From Clostridia bacterium (GTDB lineage Bacteria; Bacillota; Clostridia; UMGS1840), in NCBI GenBank assembly GCA_045631485.1, contig JAZQUU010000034.1, positions 25,457 through 89,456 of the forward strand: a stretch of 64,000 nt of DNA, read 5' to 3'. The translations under genes were made by a program, and so were the position numbers. The notes under the pieces were generated by a model. The model made no database searches, was not told the DNA's origin, and saw nothing but the letters and a program-made list of their open reading frames with translations. Below, one piece after another: positions 38,103-45,564 of the stretch (the first letter of the stretch is position 1; every line of letters begins with the position of its first letter).

Positions 38103-38666
38103 ATGGAGGAAACTATGGACAGACGGCAACGAAAAACCCGTGAGGCAATTTTTTGTGCATTTCTTTCTCTGCTTCAGAAAAAGGATTTCCAAAAAATCAC
38201 CGTGGAGGAAATTATCCAAAAAGCGGATGTGGGCAGAGCCACCTTTTATGCACATTTTGAAACCAAGGATTATCTGCTCAAAGAATTTTCGGAGGATTTA
38301 TTCTGCCATTTGTTTGATATGGAAGAAAACAATCCTCACAATCACCGTCACCTCTTTGATTGCGAGCAAACAGAGGATGTTTTTTATCATCTGTTTTGGC
38401 ATATCGCTCAGGATGACCACCATTTGAAACGGCTTCTCACAGGAAAAAACAATCAACTGTTTCTCTCTTATTTTCAGGATAATCTGAAAAAACTGGTTGT
38501 CAAAAAGCTTCCTGTTTTTCTGGAAAAAAAGCCCGAGGAACTCCCCGTGGATTTCTTTATCTCCCATATCACGGCAACTTTTTTGCAAACGCTGACCTGG
38601 TGGGCGGAAACCAAATTTTTATCATCCCCCAAAACCATTACCCAATATTTTTATCTTACCGTGTAA
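38103..38666 (+). CDS. TetR/AcrR family transcriptional regulator
   Basis: The N-terminal HTH is RKTREAIFCAFLSLLQKKDFQKITVEEIIQKADVGRATFYAHFETKDYLL. The start is ATG 38103 or 38115. The track's 37965 start crosses the divergent promoter region. Confidence 0.8.
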   Translation: MEETMDRRQRKTREAIFCAFLSLLQKKDFQKITVEEIIQKADVGRATFYAHFETKDYLLKEFSEDLFCHLFDMEENNPHNHRHLFDCEQTEDVFYHLFWHIAQDDHHLKRLLTGKNNQLFLSYFQDNLKKLVVKKLPVFLEKKPEELPVDFFISHITATFLQTLTWWAETKFLSSPKTITQYFYLTV

Positions 38667-38682
38667 TTTTTTCCAAAAAAGC

Positions 38683-38711
38683 TTGATTCTTCCCATATTC
38701 TCTGCTATAAT
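38683..38711 (+). promoter_or_regulatory. Sigma-A-type promoter of the kinase/DUF4432/isomerase operon
   Basis: TTGATT (38683..38688), a 17-nt spacer, then TATAAT (38706..38711). Confidence 0.6.
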
Positions 38712-38742
38712 GAAACCAAACGAAAAAAGGAGGATGTTTCCC

Positions 38743-40221
38743 ATGATTTTAGGCGGCTTAGACGTTGGTACCACCGGTTGTAAAATCGCGTTGTACAATG
38801 ATGGGGCAAAATATTTGACCACTTACTATAAAGAATATGACATCATCCGCAAAAACGGTCAACACGAAATTGATTTTAACGACGTGAAAAACGGGGTATT
38901 ATCCCTGTTAAAACAAGCAACAAGCGAATATCAGATTGATGCTTTGGGCATCACCAGCTTTGGGGAAACTTTCACCATGCTGGATGAAGACGACAATATT
39001 TTGGTGCCCTCTATGTTATACACCGACCCCAGAGGGGAAGAAGAATGTAAATACATTATGGAGCTGTTCGGGGAAGAAAAACTGTCTCTTTTAACAGGCA
39101 CCAAACCCCATTCCATGTACAGTATTTCCAAAATTCTCTGGTGGAAAAACAACAAACCCGAGATTTACGCAAAATGCAAACGAATTCTTTTAGGAGAAGA
39201 CTTTATCGTTTACACTTTAACCGGCAACCCTCAGATTGACTATTCCCTGGCGGCTCGTACCGGTATGTTTGACATTGAAAACAAATGCTACTACGAAGAA
39301 GGATTTAAAAAATTAGGCGTAGATATTAACCTGCTCTCCAAAGCAGTTCCCACCGGCGCAATCGCAGGCACCATCACCGAAGAAATCAAGAAATTCTTGG
39401 GGATTTCTTATGATATCACCATTGTAAACGGCGGTCACGACCAGATTGGCGGTATGATTGGAGCAAGAATTTTCTCCACCGATTCCGCTATGGACGGCAC
39501 CGGTACCGTGGAATGTATTCCCGTGGTGCTGGATAAAAAGCCGGAAGACGCCAAAATCTACGGATACGGCTATTCCGTGGTTCCCTATATCGGTGACTAC
39601 TATGCTTGCTATGCCCTGTCTTACACCGGCGGTGCAACCTTAAAATGGTTCCGTGATAATTTTGCGGAATTGGAAGCAAAAACAGCCGATGAAAACGGCA
39701 AAAACGTGTATGCCGAATTGGATAAAGCCTCTCCCGAAGGACCCACCGGTATTCTGGTGCTTCCTCATTTTTCCGGAGCGGCAACTCCTTATATGGACAA
39801 CGATTCCAAAGCGGCATTTGTGGGGATCACCTTAGAAACCTCCAAATACGATTTATACAAAGCCTTAATGGAAGGCACTTCCTACGAAATGCTCTTAAAC
39901 TTCAACGTAATGAAGTCTATGACCGGGCAGATTCAGGAAATCCGTGCAACAGGCGGCGGTGCAACCTCTGACCTTTGGCTGCAGATTAAAGCAGATATCT
40001 TAAATACCGATATCACCGCATTAGACTGCAAAGAAGTTGGTTCTGCAGGCACCGTGGCGTTAACGGGTGTTGCGATGGGCGTTTGGAATACATTGGAAGA
40101 AGCGGTTGACAAACTGGTAAAAGTTCGTAAGATTTTCCATCCCGACCCCGAAACCGCAAAAGCCTACGAAACCTACTACAAAAAATACGAAAACTTATAC
40201 AACGCAGTAAAAAGCTTATAA
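38743..40221 (+). CDS. FGGY-family carbohydrate kinase (xylulokinase/other pentulose-hexulose kinase-like)
   Basis: MILGGLDVGTTGCKIALY... is the FGGY N-terminal motif, and C-terminal ..IRATGGGATSDLWLQIKADIL.. is also present. ATG 38743 lies 9 nt after GGAGG. Confidence 0.8.
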   Translation: MILGGLDVGTTGCKIALYNDGAKYLTTYYKEYDIIRKNGQHEIDFNDVKNGVLSLLKQATSEYQIDALGITSFGETFTMLDEDDNILVPSMLYTDPRGEEECKYIMELFGEEKLSLLTGTKPHSMYSISKILWWKNNKPEIYAKCKRILLGEDFIVYTLTGNPQIDYSLAARTGMFDIENKCYYEEGFKKLGVDINLLSKAVPTGAIAGTITEEIKKFLGISYDITIVNGGHDQIGGMIGARIFSTDSAMDGTGTVECIPVVLDKKPEDAKIYGYGYSVVPYIGDYYACYALSYTGGATLKWFRDNFAELEAKTADENGKNVYAELDKASPEGPTGILVLPHFSGAATPYMDNDSKAAFVGITLETSKYDLYKALMEGTSYEMLLNFNVMKSMTGQIQEIRATGGGATSDLWLQIKADILNTDITALDCKEVGSAGTVALTGVAMGVWNTLEEAVDKLVKVRKIFHPDPETAKAYETYYKKYENLYNAVKSL

Positions 40222-40373
40222 AACCGACCTACTTAAGATGCCGTCACCACAGGGAAAGACGGCATCTTTTTTTCTTGGCAAACTATTGCAAAAACAATTT
40301 GTCTGTGCTATAATAAAAAGGACATTATTTTTGATTGTGTGACACTTTTTCATAAAAATGAGGTAAGAATGTG

Positions 40374-41402
40374 ATGAGTGCGAATTTTTCTCAGAAAAAA
40401 GCATATTTGGGAAACCCTTACCAGCTTGGCGGAACCCGTCATTACCGTTTAACAGACGGCATTACCGACGGTTGCCGTTGTGTTGACGTGAACACGGGAA
40501 GCGGTTTTTCCTACACCGTGGTGTGTGACCGTGGTTTAGACATTTCCTTAGCATCCTACAAAGGCACCAATCTTGCGTTTTTAACCGAAAATATGGAGGC
40601 ACATCCTGCTCATTTTGATTCTTTTGGTATCCAGTGGCTTCGCACTTTTTCGGGAGGTTTACTCACCACCTGCGGACCCACTCACCTGGGACCTCCCTGC
40701 GAGGATAACGGTGAAATTTTGGGGCAACACGGCAGATGGACCTCTCTTCCTGCCAAAAAAGTGTGCGACTTAACCGATAACGAAAGAGGTATCATCAACA
40801 TCACGGGTGAGCTTAGTGACTGCACTCCCTTTGGCCATAAAATTGCCATCAAACGAAGCATTTCGTCCGAGTTTGGCAAAAACTTTGTGGTGATTGAAGA
40901 TGAAATCACCAATGTGGGTGGAAAAGAATGTCCCTTTAATCTGTTGTATCATATTAACTTTGGATATCCCTTGTTATCCGAAGATGCAATCGTCCACGTG
41001 CCGAGTAAGGCCTGCATTGGTTATGATGACTATACCAACGAGCGGATGGACGAAAAAAATACCGTCAAAGCACCAAACGGTGAAAATCTGGAAAAAAATT
41101 ATATGCACACCTTTTCGGGCGAAACCGAAACCGTGTGGATTCATAATCCCAAATTAGAAAACGGTTTGGCAGTTGCCATCACCTTCCCTTCCGAAGATTT
41201 GCCTTACTTAACCCAATGGGTATTGGAAGATGTGAAAGACTATGTGTTGGCGTTGGAACCTGCCAATGTGCCCTGCGAATCCCGTGATTATCTTCGCAAA
41301 AACAATCTGCTCCCCTTCTTAAAGCCGGGAGAAACCAAAAAATTCCGTGTGAAAATTCAAGTGGTTTCAGGCAACGATGAAATTGCAAAAAAATTAGGTT
41401 AA
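40374..41402 (+). CDS. DUF4432 / aldose-1-epimerase-like family protein
   Basis: About 342 aa (..GGTRHYRLTDGITDGCRCVDVNTGSGFSYTVVCDRGLDIS..GQHGR..), the pattern typical of DUF4432 proteins found beside FucI-like isomerases. The start is GTG 40371 or ATG 40374. Confidence 0.6.
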   Translation: MSANFSQKKAYLGNPYQLGGTRHYRLTDGITDGCRCVDVNTGSGFSYTVVCDRGLDISLASYKGTNLAFLTENMEAHPAHFDSFGIQWLRTFSGGLLTTCGPTHLGPPCEDNGEILGQHGRWTSLPAKKVCDLTDNERGIINITGELSDCTPFGHKIAIKRSISSEFGKNFVVIEDEITNVGGKECPFNLLYHINFGYPLLSEDAIVHVPSKACIGYDDYTNERMDEKNTVKAPNGENLEKNYMHTFSGETETVWIHNPKLENGLAVAITFPSEDLPYLTQWVLEDVKDYVLALEPANVPCESRDYLRKNNLLPFLKPGETKKFRVKIQVVSGNDEIAKKLG

Positions 41403-41442
41403 ATATTATTAATTTATTAAAATACAAAAGGAGAAAATCATT

Positions 41443-42822
41443 ATGTTAAAATCCAAAACCGCTTTCGTGGTGTACGGCGTTCATAAAGACGGGTTATTAG
41501 ACCCCGACGGCAACCTGTTCATTGACGAAAGCATAATCGAAAATTCCAAAAAAGCGCTGAAAGCAGAAGGCGTTGAGTTGGTAGAAGAAAAATTGATTAT
41601 CGCTACCAAGGAAGAAGCAAAAAATGTGCTGTTACCCTTAGCAAAAGACGATTCTATTGACACCTTAGTATTATTCTCCGGTACCTGGGTTTGGGCAGCG
41701 CATATGATTGGTGCAATTCGTGAATTTGCAAAAACCGGCAAAGGTATTGTCATTTGGACTCACGACGGCTCTCAGGGCTGGCGTCCCGTTGGCGGCTTGG
41801 TATTAAGTGCAGCATTAAACGAAGTTGGTATCAAACACAAATTTGTTTACGGCGGTGTTTCCGACCCCTCCAATGTGAAAAGAGTGGCAAACTTCTGCAA
41901 AGCATCCGCTTTAAGAAAGAGCATGGAATTAACCACCTTAAGAGCATTTGGCGGACGTGGTATGGGTCAGACCTGCGGCGTGGCAGATCCTTCTCAGTGG
42001 ATGAAAACCTTCGGTATCGATATCGACACCCGTGACACCATGGAACTGGTGGAAACTGCAAAAGCAATTCCCCAGGCAGAAGTGGACAAAGTTTGTGACT
42101 GGATTGATAATAACTTCACCTGCAAGGTAGAACGTAACGACGGTAACATCCGTTCCATCCGTTTATATCTGGCATTAAAAACCTTAAAAGAAAAAGAAGG
42201 TTTTGATTATTACACCATTCAGTCCTTCCCCGGTATGGGTGACTACTATGCTGCAACCTGTTTTGCACAGAGTATGATGTTAAATGACGGTGTTCCCACC
42301 GCAACCTTATCCGACTTTAACACCTGCTTAACCTCCATTATGATTATGGGATTATCCAAAGACCCCATCTATTATGGTGACTTACAGCACGTAAATAAAG
42401 CAACCAACGAAATCAAAATCATCGGTGACGGTGCGGTTCCCCCTTGTCTGGCAAATGAAGACGGCGTAAGCCTGGCAGGTCACGGTATTCCCACCGAAGG
42501 GGAAGCAGGCGGCTTATCCATCGACTTGGTATGTAAGAGCGGTAAAGGCGTTTTAGCTCGTATCAGCAGAGTGGACGGAAAATTCAGAATCTGCGTGGCT
42601 CGTTGCGAAGTGTTCCAGCCTAAAAAAGAAGAACTGGAAGCTCGTCGTCACGAATGCGGTATTCCTTTCTGGCCTCACGCTTTTGTGAAAGTGGACGGTG
42701 ATATCGGTGCACTGGTGGAAAGCTGGAACAACGAATACGGCTGCTTGGGCTACGGCGAAGATTTGTATGACCAGATTGTGGAATTTGGGAACATTATGGG
42801 CATCGAAGTCCTTGCATTCTAA
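41443..42822 (+). CDS. L-fucose/L-arabinose isomerase-family sugar isomerase (substrate unknown)
   Basis: 459 aa. The size, the N-terminal Rossmann-like region and its context with an FGGY kinase match my recollection of the family. No residue-level confirmation is possible here. Confidence 0.6.
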   Translation: MLKSKTAFVVYGVHKDGLLDPDGNLFIDESIIENSKKALKAEGVELVEEKLIIATKEEAKNVLLPLAKDDSIDTLVLFSGTWVWAAHMIGAIREFAKTGKGIVIWTHDGSQGWRPVGGLVLSAALNEVGIKHKFVYGGVSDPSNVKRVANFCKASALRKSMELTTLRAFGGRGMGQTCGVADPSQWMKTFGIDIDTRDTMELVETAKAIPQAEVDKVCDWIDNNFTCKVERNDGNIRSIRLYLALKTLKEKEGFDYYTIQSFPGMGDYYAATCFAQSMMLNDGVPTATLSDFNTCLTSIMIMGLSKDPIYYGDLQHVNKATNEIKIIGDGAVPPCLANEDGVSLAGHGIPTEGEAGGLSIDLVCKSGKGVLARISRVDGKFRICVARCEVFQPKKEELEARRHECGIPFWPHAFVKVDGDIGALVESWNNEYGCLGYGEDLYDQIVEFGNIMGIEVLAF

Positions 42823-42848
42823 AAATGGAATAAAAGAACATAGAACGC

Positions 42849-42886
42849 AAAAGGCATGGGATTTTTTCTCATGTCTTTTGTTTTTA
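42849..42886 (+). terminator. Intrinsic terminator of the sugar operon
   Basis: AAAAGGCATGGGA-TTTTT-TCTCATGTCTTTT is a 13-bp stem with two G:U pairs, followed by GTTTTT. Confidence 0.7.
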
Positions 42887-42938
42887 AGGTGAAATTGTTT
42901 TGGCAAACAATTTGATTAAAATGCCTTTTGCTATGAAC

Positions 42939-42997
42939 CAATCAAGCCTCTCGGCGTACCGATGTACGCCTTCGGGTAACCCCTGCGGGCTTGATTG
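42939..42997 (+). repeat. Copy 3 of the structured intergenic repeat (opposite genomic orientation; again 3' of the upstream ORF)
   Basis: The plus-strand reading is CAAUCAAGCC-UCUC-GGCGUAC-CGAU-GUACGCC-UUCG-GGUAACCCCUGCG-GGCUUGAUUG, with a 10-bp perfect outer stem. It is embedded in a ~100-bp segment (42902..43001) that is the inverted counterpart of 44565..44669. Confidence 0.7.
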
Positions 42998-43287
42998 ATT
43001 CATTCTATGTCCTTTTCTTTCCATTTTTCCAAAAATATCAACATACGGAGTATAGAACTTCTTCGCTTCTGCATCATTTTTCCTCTCATTTTGGTTCTAT
43101 ATAACTGAATATCAAAAGATAAAAAAAGGTATGGAATTTATTTTCATACCTTTTGTTTTGCCTTTTGCGGTCTATGTCCTTTTCTTTTCATTTTACAATG
43201 AGGTAAAAATGCACATAGGCAAATAACTTCACATCTAATGCAGGCTCTGCCTGCCACTGCAATTCTTCATTATTCATTTTTCATTAT

Positions 43288-43460
43288 CTACCTCTCCCTT
43301 TGGGAGAGCGGTCAGCAAAGCTGACTGAGAGGGCTTGTAGGGGACGGCGTCCTCGACGTCCCGTTTTTGTTTCTCTGCTTGACACCATTTCAAAAGAACG
43401 GGAGGGGATGGAACCCCTCCCCTACATCCGGTATCTCGGATATATAGGTAGCTACGCAGG
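43288..43460. repeat. GC-rich string of perfect hairpins (MITE-like insert) in an otherwise AT-rich spacer
   Basis: The hairpins are CTCTCCC-TTT-GGGAGAG, GTCAGC-AAA-GCTGAC, GGGACG..CGTCCC and GGGAGGGG-ATGGAA-CCCCTCCC. The insert is flanked by TCATTTTTCATTAT (43274..43287) and TCAATTTTTCATTTTA (43461..43476). The first two hairpins plus TGAGAGGG match the module at the ends of the DUF559 cassette. Confidence 0.55.
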
Positions 43461-43530
43461 TCAATTTTTCATTTTATGCGGGTTATTTCCGACTTTTTTC
43501 CGATGATGAATAACTTTGCTAAAAAACAAG

Positions 43531-43565
43531 AAAAAGCTCTCTGAATGGCTTCAGAGAGCTTTTTT
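43531..43565. terminator. Bidirectional intrinsic terminator downstream of the ZIP transporter gene
   Basis: AGCTCTCTGAA-TGGC-TTCAGAGAGCT is a perfect 11-bp stem, flanked by AAAAA on the left and TTTTT on the right. Confidence 0.8.
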
Positions 43566-43577
43566 GCATTCCGTGCT

Positions 43578-44330
43578 TTATCCGAGGAGAGTGTCGGTAA
43601 TTAACATTACGCAAAAACCGATTAAAAACGAATAGGTTGCGCCCCGTTCGTGTCCGTGGGCGTGGGTTTCGGGAATCATTTCGTCACTGATGACATAGAG
43701 CATGACCCCACCTGCAAAGGCAAGCATAAAAGGTAACACCGCCGTGGAAATTGCCACGGAAAAATATCCGAGCAATGTCCCCACAACTTCCACTAACCCT
43801 GTGGCAAGTGCAATGAGTAAGGTTCTTCCCTTGGAAACGCCCGCCGCCAGCATGGGAGCGATAATTATCATCCCCTCGGGGATGTTTTGCAGCGCTATCC
43901 CGCCTGCAATCACCAATGCTTGCTCGGTGTTGTCGGTACCAAAGCCAACTCCTGCCGCAAGGCCTTCGGGCAGATTATGAATGGCAATTGCCATCACAAA
44001 CAACAAAACTTTGTTTAAATCGGTTCCGTGATGGGATTCCATCTCCGCACCTGCAAGTTTATGTAGATGAGGCACCAGCTTATCCAAAATATTTAAAAAC
44101 ACGGCACCGGCAAATACGCCTGCCACGGTGATGAAAATCCCGTACTGACCGCCATATTCCAATGAGGGCATAATGAGACCGATTACCGCCGCACAAAACA
44201 TCACCCCTGCCGCAAAGGACAGCACGATATCCGAAAATTTATGAGTTTGTTTTTTGAATAAAAAGCCGAGCAAAGCCCCAATCATGGTGGCACCGCCAAC
44301 GCCTAATGCCGTTAATAATACCATAGTCAT
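43578..44330 (-). CDS. ZIP family divalent-metal (zinc) transporter, ZupT-like
   Basis: 250 aa and 8 TM segments, with the ZIP signature motifs AIAIHNLPEGLAAG and ALQNIPEGMIIIAPM. Confidence 0.85.
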   Translation of the reverse strand: MTMVLLTALGVGGATMIGALLGFLFKKQTHKFSDIVLSFAAGVMFCAAVIGLIMPSLEYGGQYGIFITVAGVFAGAVFLNILDKLVPHLHKLAGAEMESHHGTDLNKVLLFVMAIAIHNLPEGLAAGVGFGTDNTEQALVIAGGIALQNIPEGMIIIAPMLAAGVSKGRTLLIALATGLVEVVGTLLGYFSVAISTAVLPFMLAFAGGVMLYVISDEMIPETHAHGHERGATYSFLIGFCVMLITDTLLG

Positions 44331-44467
44331 AACATATCACCTGCCTGTAAGAATCAAATAAGGGAGGAGCAAGCCCCTCCCCGATAATGAATAGTGAAGA
44401 AATTAGTGAAAACAAATTTTCCTTCTTTTTCTTCGTCTAAAGCGATGAGAAATGGATGCAAAACAGA

Positions 44468-44540
44468 GAAACTGAACCCGCAGGGGTTACCCGAAGCCGT
44501 ACGAATCACATCGAGTTTTTTGTACGCCATCTTGCAATCC
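44468..44540 (-). repeat. Copy 4 of the structured repeat, degenerate (expanded central loop)
   Basis: The plus strand is GAACCCGCAGGGGTTACCCGAAGCCGTAC-(19 nt)-GTACGCCATCTTGC. It shares the GAACCCGCAGGGGTTACCCGAAG arm with the other copies, but the central stem is weakened. Confidence 0.5.
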
Positions 44541-44570
44541 GTAAAACGCAGAGAAAATTGCCGAGAATTC

Positions 44571-44634
44571 GTCAACCGAGCCCAACGGGGTTACCCGACG
44601 GCGTACCGAGTGTACGCCGAGTGGCAAGGTTGGC
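44571..44634 (-). repeat. Copy 5 of the structured intergenic repeat, 3' of the rubrerythrin gene
   Basis: Minus-strand reading: (GC)CAACC-UUGCC-ACUC-GGCGUAC-ACUCG-GUACGCC-GUCG-GGUAA-CCCCGUUGGG-CUC-GGUUG(AC). The inner stem UUGCC/GGUAA replaces UCAUC/GAUGA of copies 1 and 2, which are compensatory changes. Confidence 0.7.
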
Positions 44635-44779
44635 GGATAGCAAAAGGCATTTTGATTTAAACTTGTTTCTTTTGAACCAATTTTACACCTCATCCACCGC
44701 TTACGCGGTCCCCCTTCCCCTCAAGGGGAAGGCAGTGTATCACTATGCCTTTTGCGGTGTCGGTAATTTTATCAAGTTT

Positions 44780-45316
44780 TTAATAATTGGTTGCGTGGAT
44801 TTCGAAGTATGCCTGCGGATGCGCACAAGTCGGACAAATTTCGGGAGCCTTTTCGCCGGTTACCAAGTGACCGCAGTTACGGCATTCCCAAACTTTGGTT
44901 TCTGCTTTTTGGAATACTTCTTTGGTTTCCACATTCTTTAATAATGCACGATATCTTTCTTCGTGGCTCTTTTCGATAGCCGCTACCATACGGAATTTTG
45001 CAGCCAGTTCGGGGAAGCCTTCTTTGTCTGCGGTTTCTGCAAAGGATGCATACATTTCGGTCCATTCGTAGTTTTCGCCGTTTGCCGCTGCAACTAAGTT
45101 ATCAGCGGTATCGCCGATACCTTCTAATTCTTTGAACCACAGTTTTGCATGTTCTTTTTCGTTGTCAGCGGTTTTTAAGAAGAGGGCTGCAATCTGTTCG
45201 TAGCCTTCTTTTTTTGCTTTGGAAGAAAAGTAGGTGTATTTATTTCTTGCTTCGCTTTCGCCGGAAAAAGCCGCCATTAAGTTTTTTTCAGTTTGAGTTC
45301 CCTGATATTTGGACAT
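44780..45316 (-). CDS. rbr: Rubrerythrin
   Basis: [30 protein letters not shown].. is the ferritin-like diiron domain, with EKEHAKLW and EKSHEERY. The C-terminal rubredoxin-like CRNCG...CPTC is also present. I prefer the ATG at 45316, preceded by GGAGGAAC. Confidence 0.9.
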   Translation of the reverse strand: MSKYQGTQTEKNLMAAFSGESEARNKYTYFSSKAKKEGYEQIAALFLKTADNEKEHAKLWFKELEGIGDTADNLVAAANGENYEWTEMYASFAETADKEGFPELAAKFRMVAAIEKSHEERYRALLKNVETKEVFQKAETKVWECRNCGHLVTGEKAPEICPTCAHPQAYFEIHATNY

Positions 45317-45381
45317 TTTTTGTTCCTCCAATTTTAATATTTAATATAGAATTTTTAAGATACTAAAAGATACCAAAAGAA

Positions 45382-45540
45382 TTATTCTTCGGAAAAGCTA
45401 TCTTTGCCAACGCCGCATAAGGGGCAAACGAAATCTTCGGGCACATTTTCCCAAGCGGTGCCTGCATCGATTCCTGCATCGGGAGCACCTTCTGCTTCGT
45501 CATATACCCAACCGCATACGTCACATACATATTTTTTCAT
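45382..45540 (-). CDS. Rubredoxin (52 aa; below the ORF-track length cutoff)
   Basis: Hand translation gives [52 protein letters not shown]. It has the canonical CxxCG...CPxCG rubredoxin pattern, with GGAGGT upstream of the ATG. Confidence 0.9.
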   Translation of the reverse strand: MKKYVCDVCGWVYDEAEGAPDAGIDAGTAWENVPEDFVCPLCGVGKDSFSEE

Positions 45541-45564
45541 AAGTTTATACCTCCAAAATTTATA

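Noticed and set aside
43195-43285. A 29-codon minus-strand ORF (MNNEELQWQAEPALDVKLFAYVHFYLIVK) next to the hairpin block.
   Set aside because: The only SD-like sequence is 13 nt away and is part of the repeat hairpin. An out-of-frame ATG precedes it. There is no conservation evidence available, and it is too short to support.
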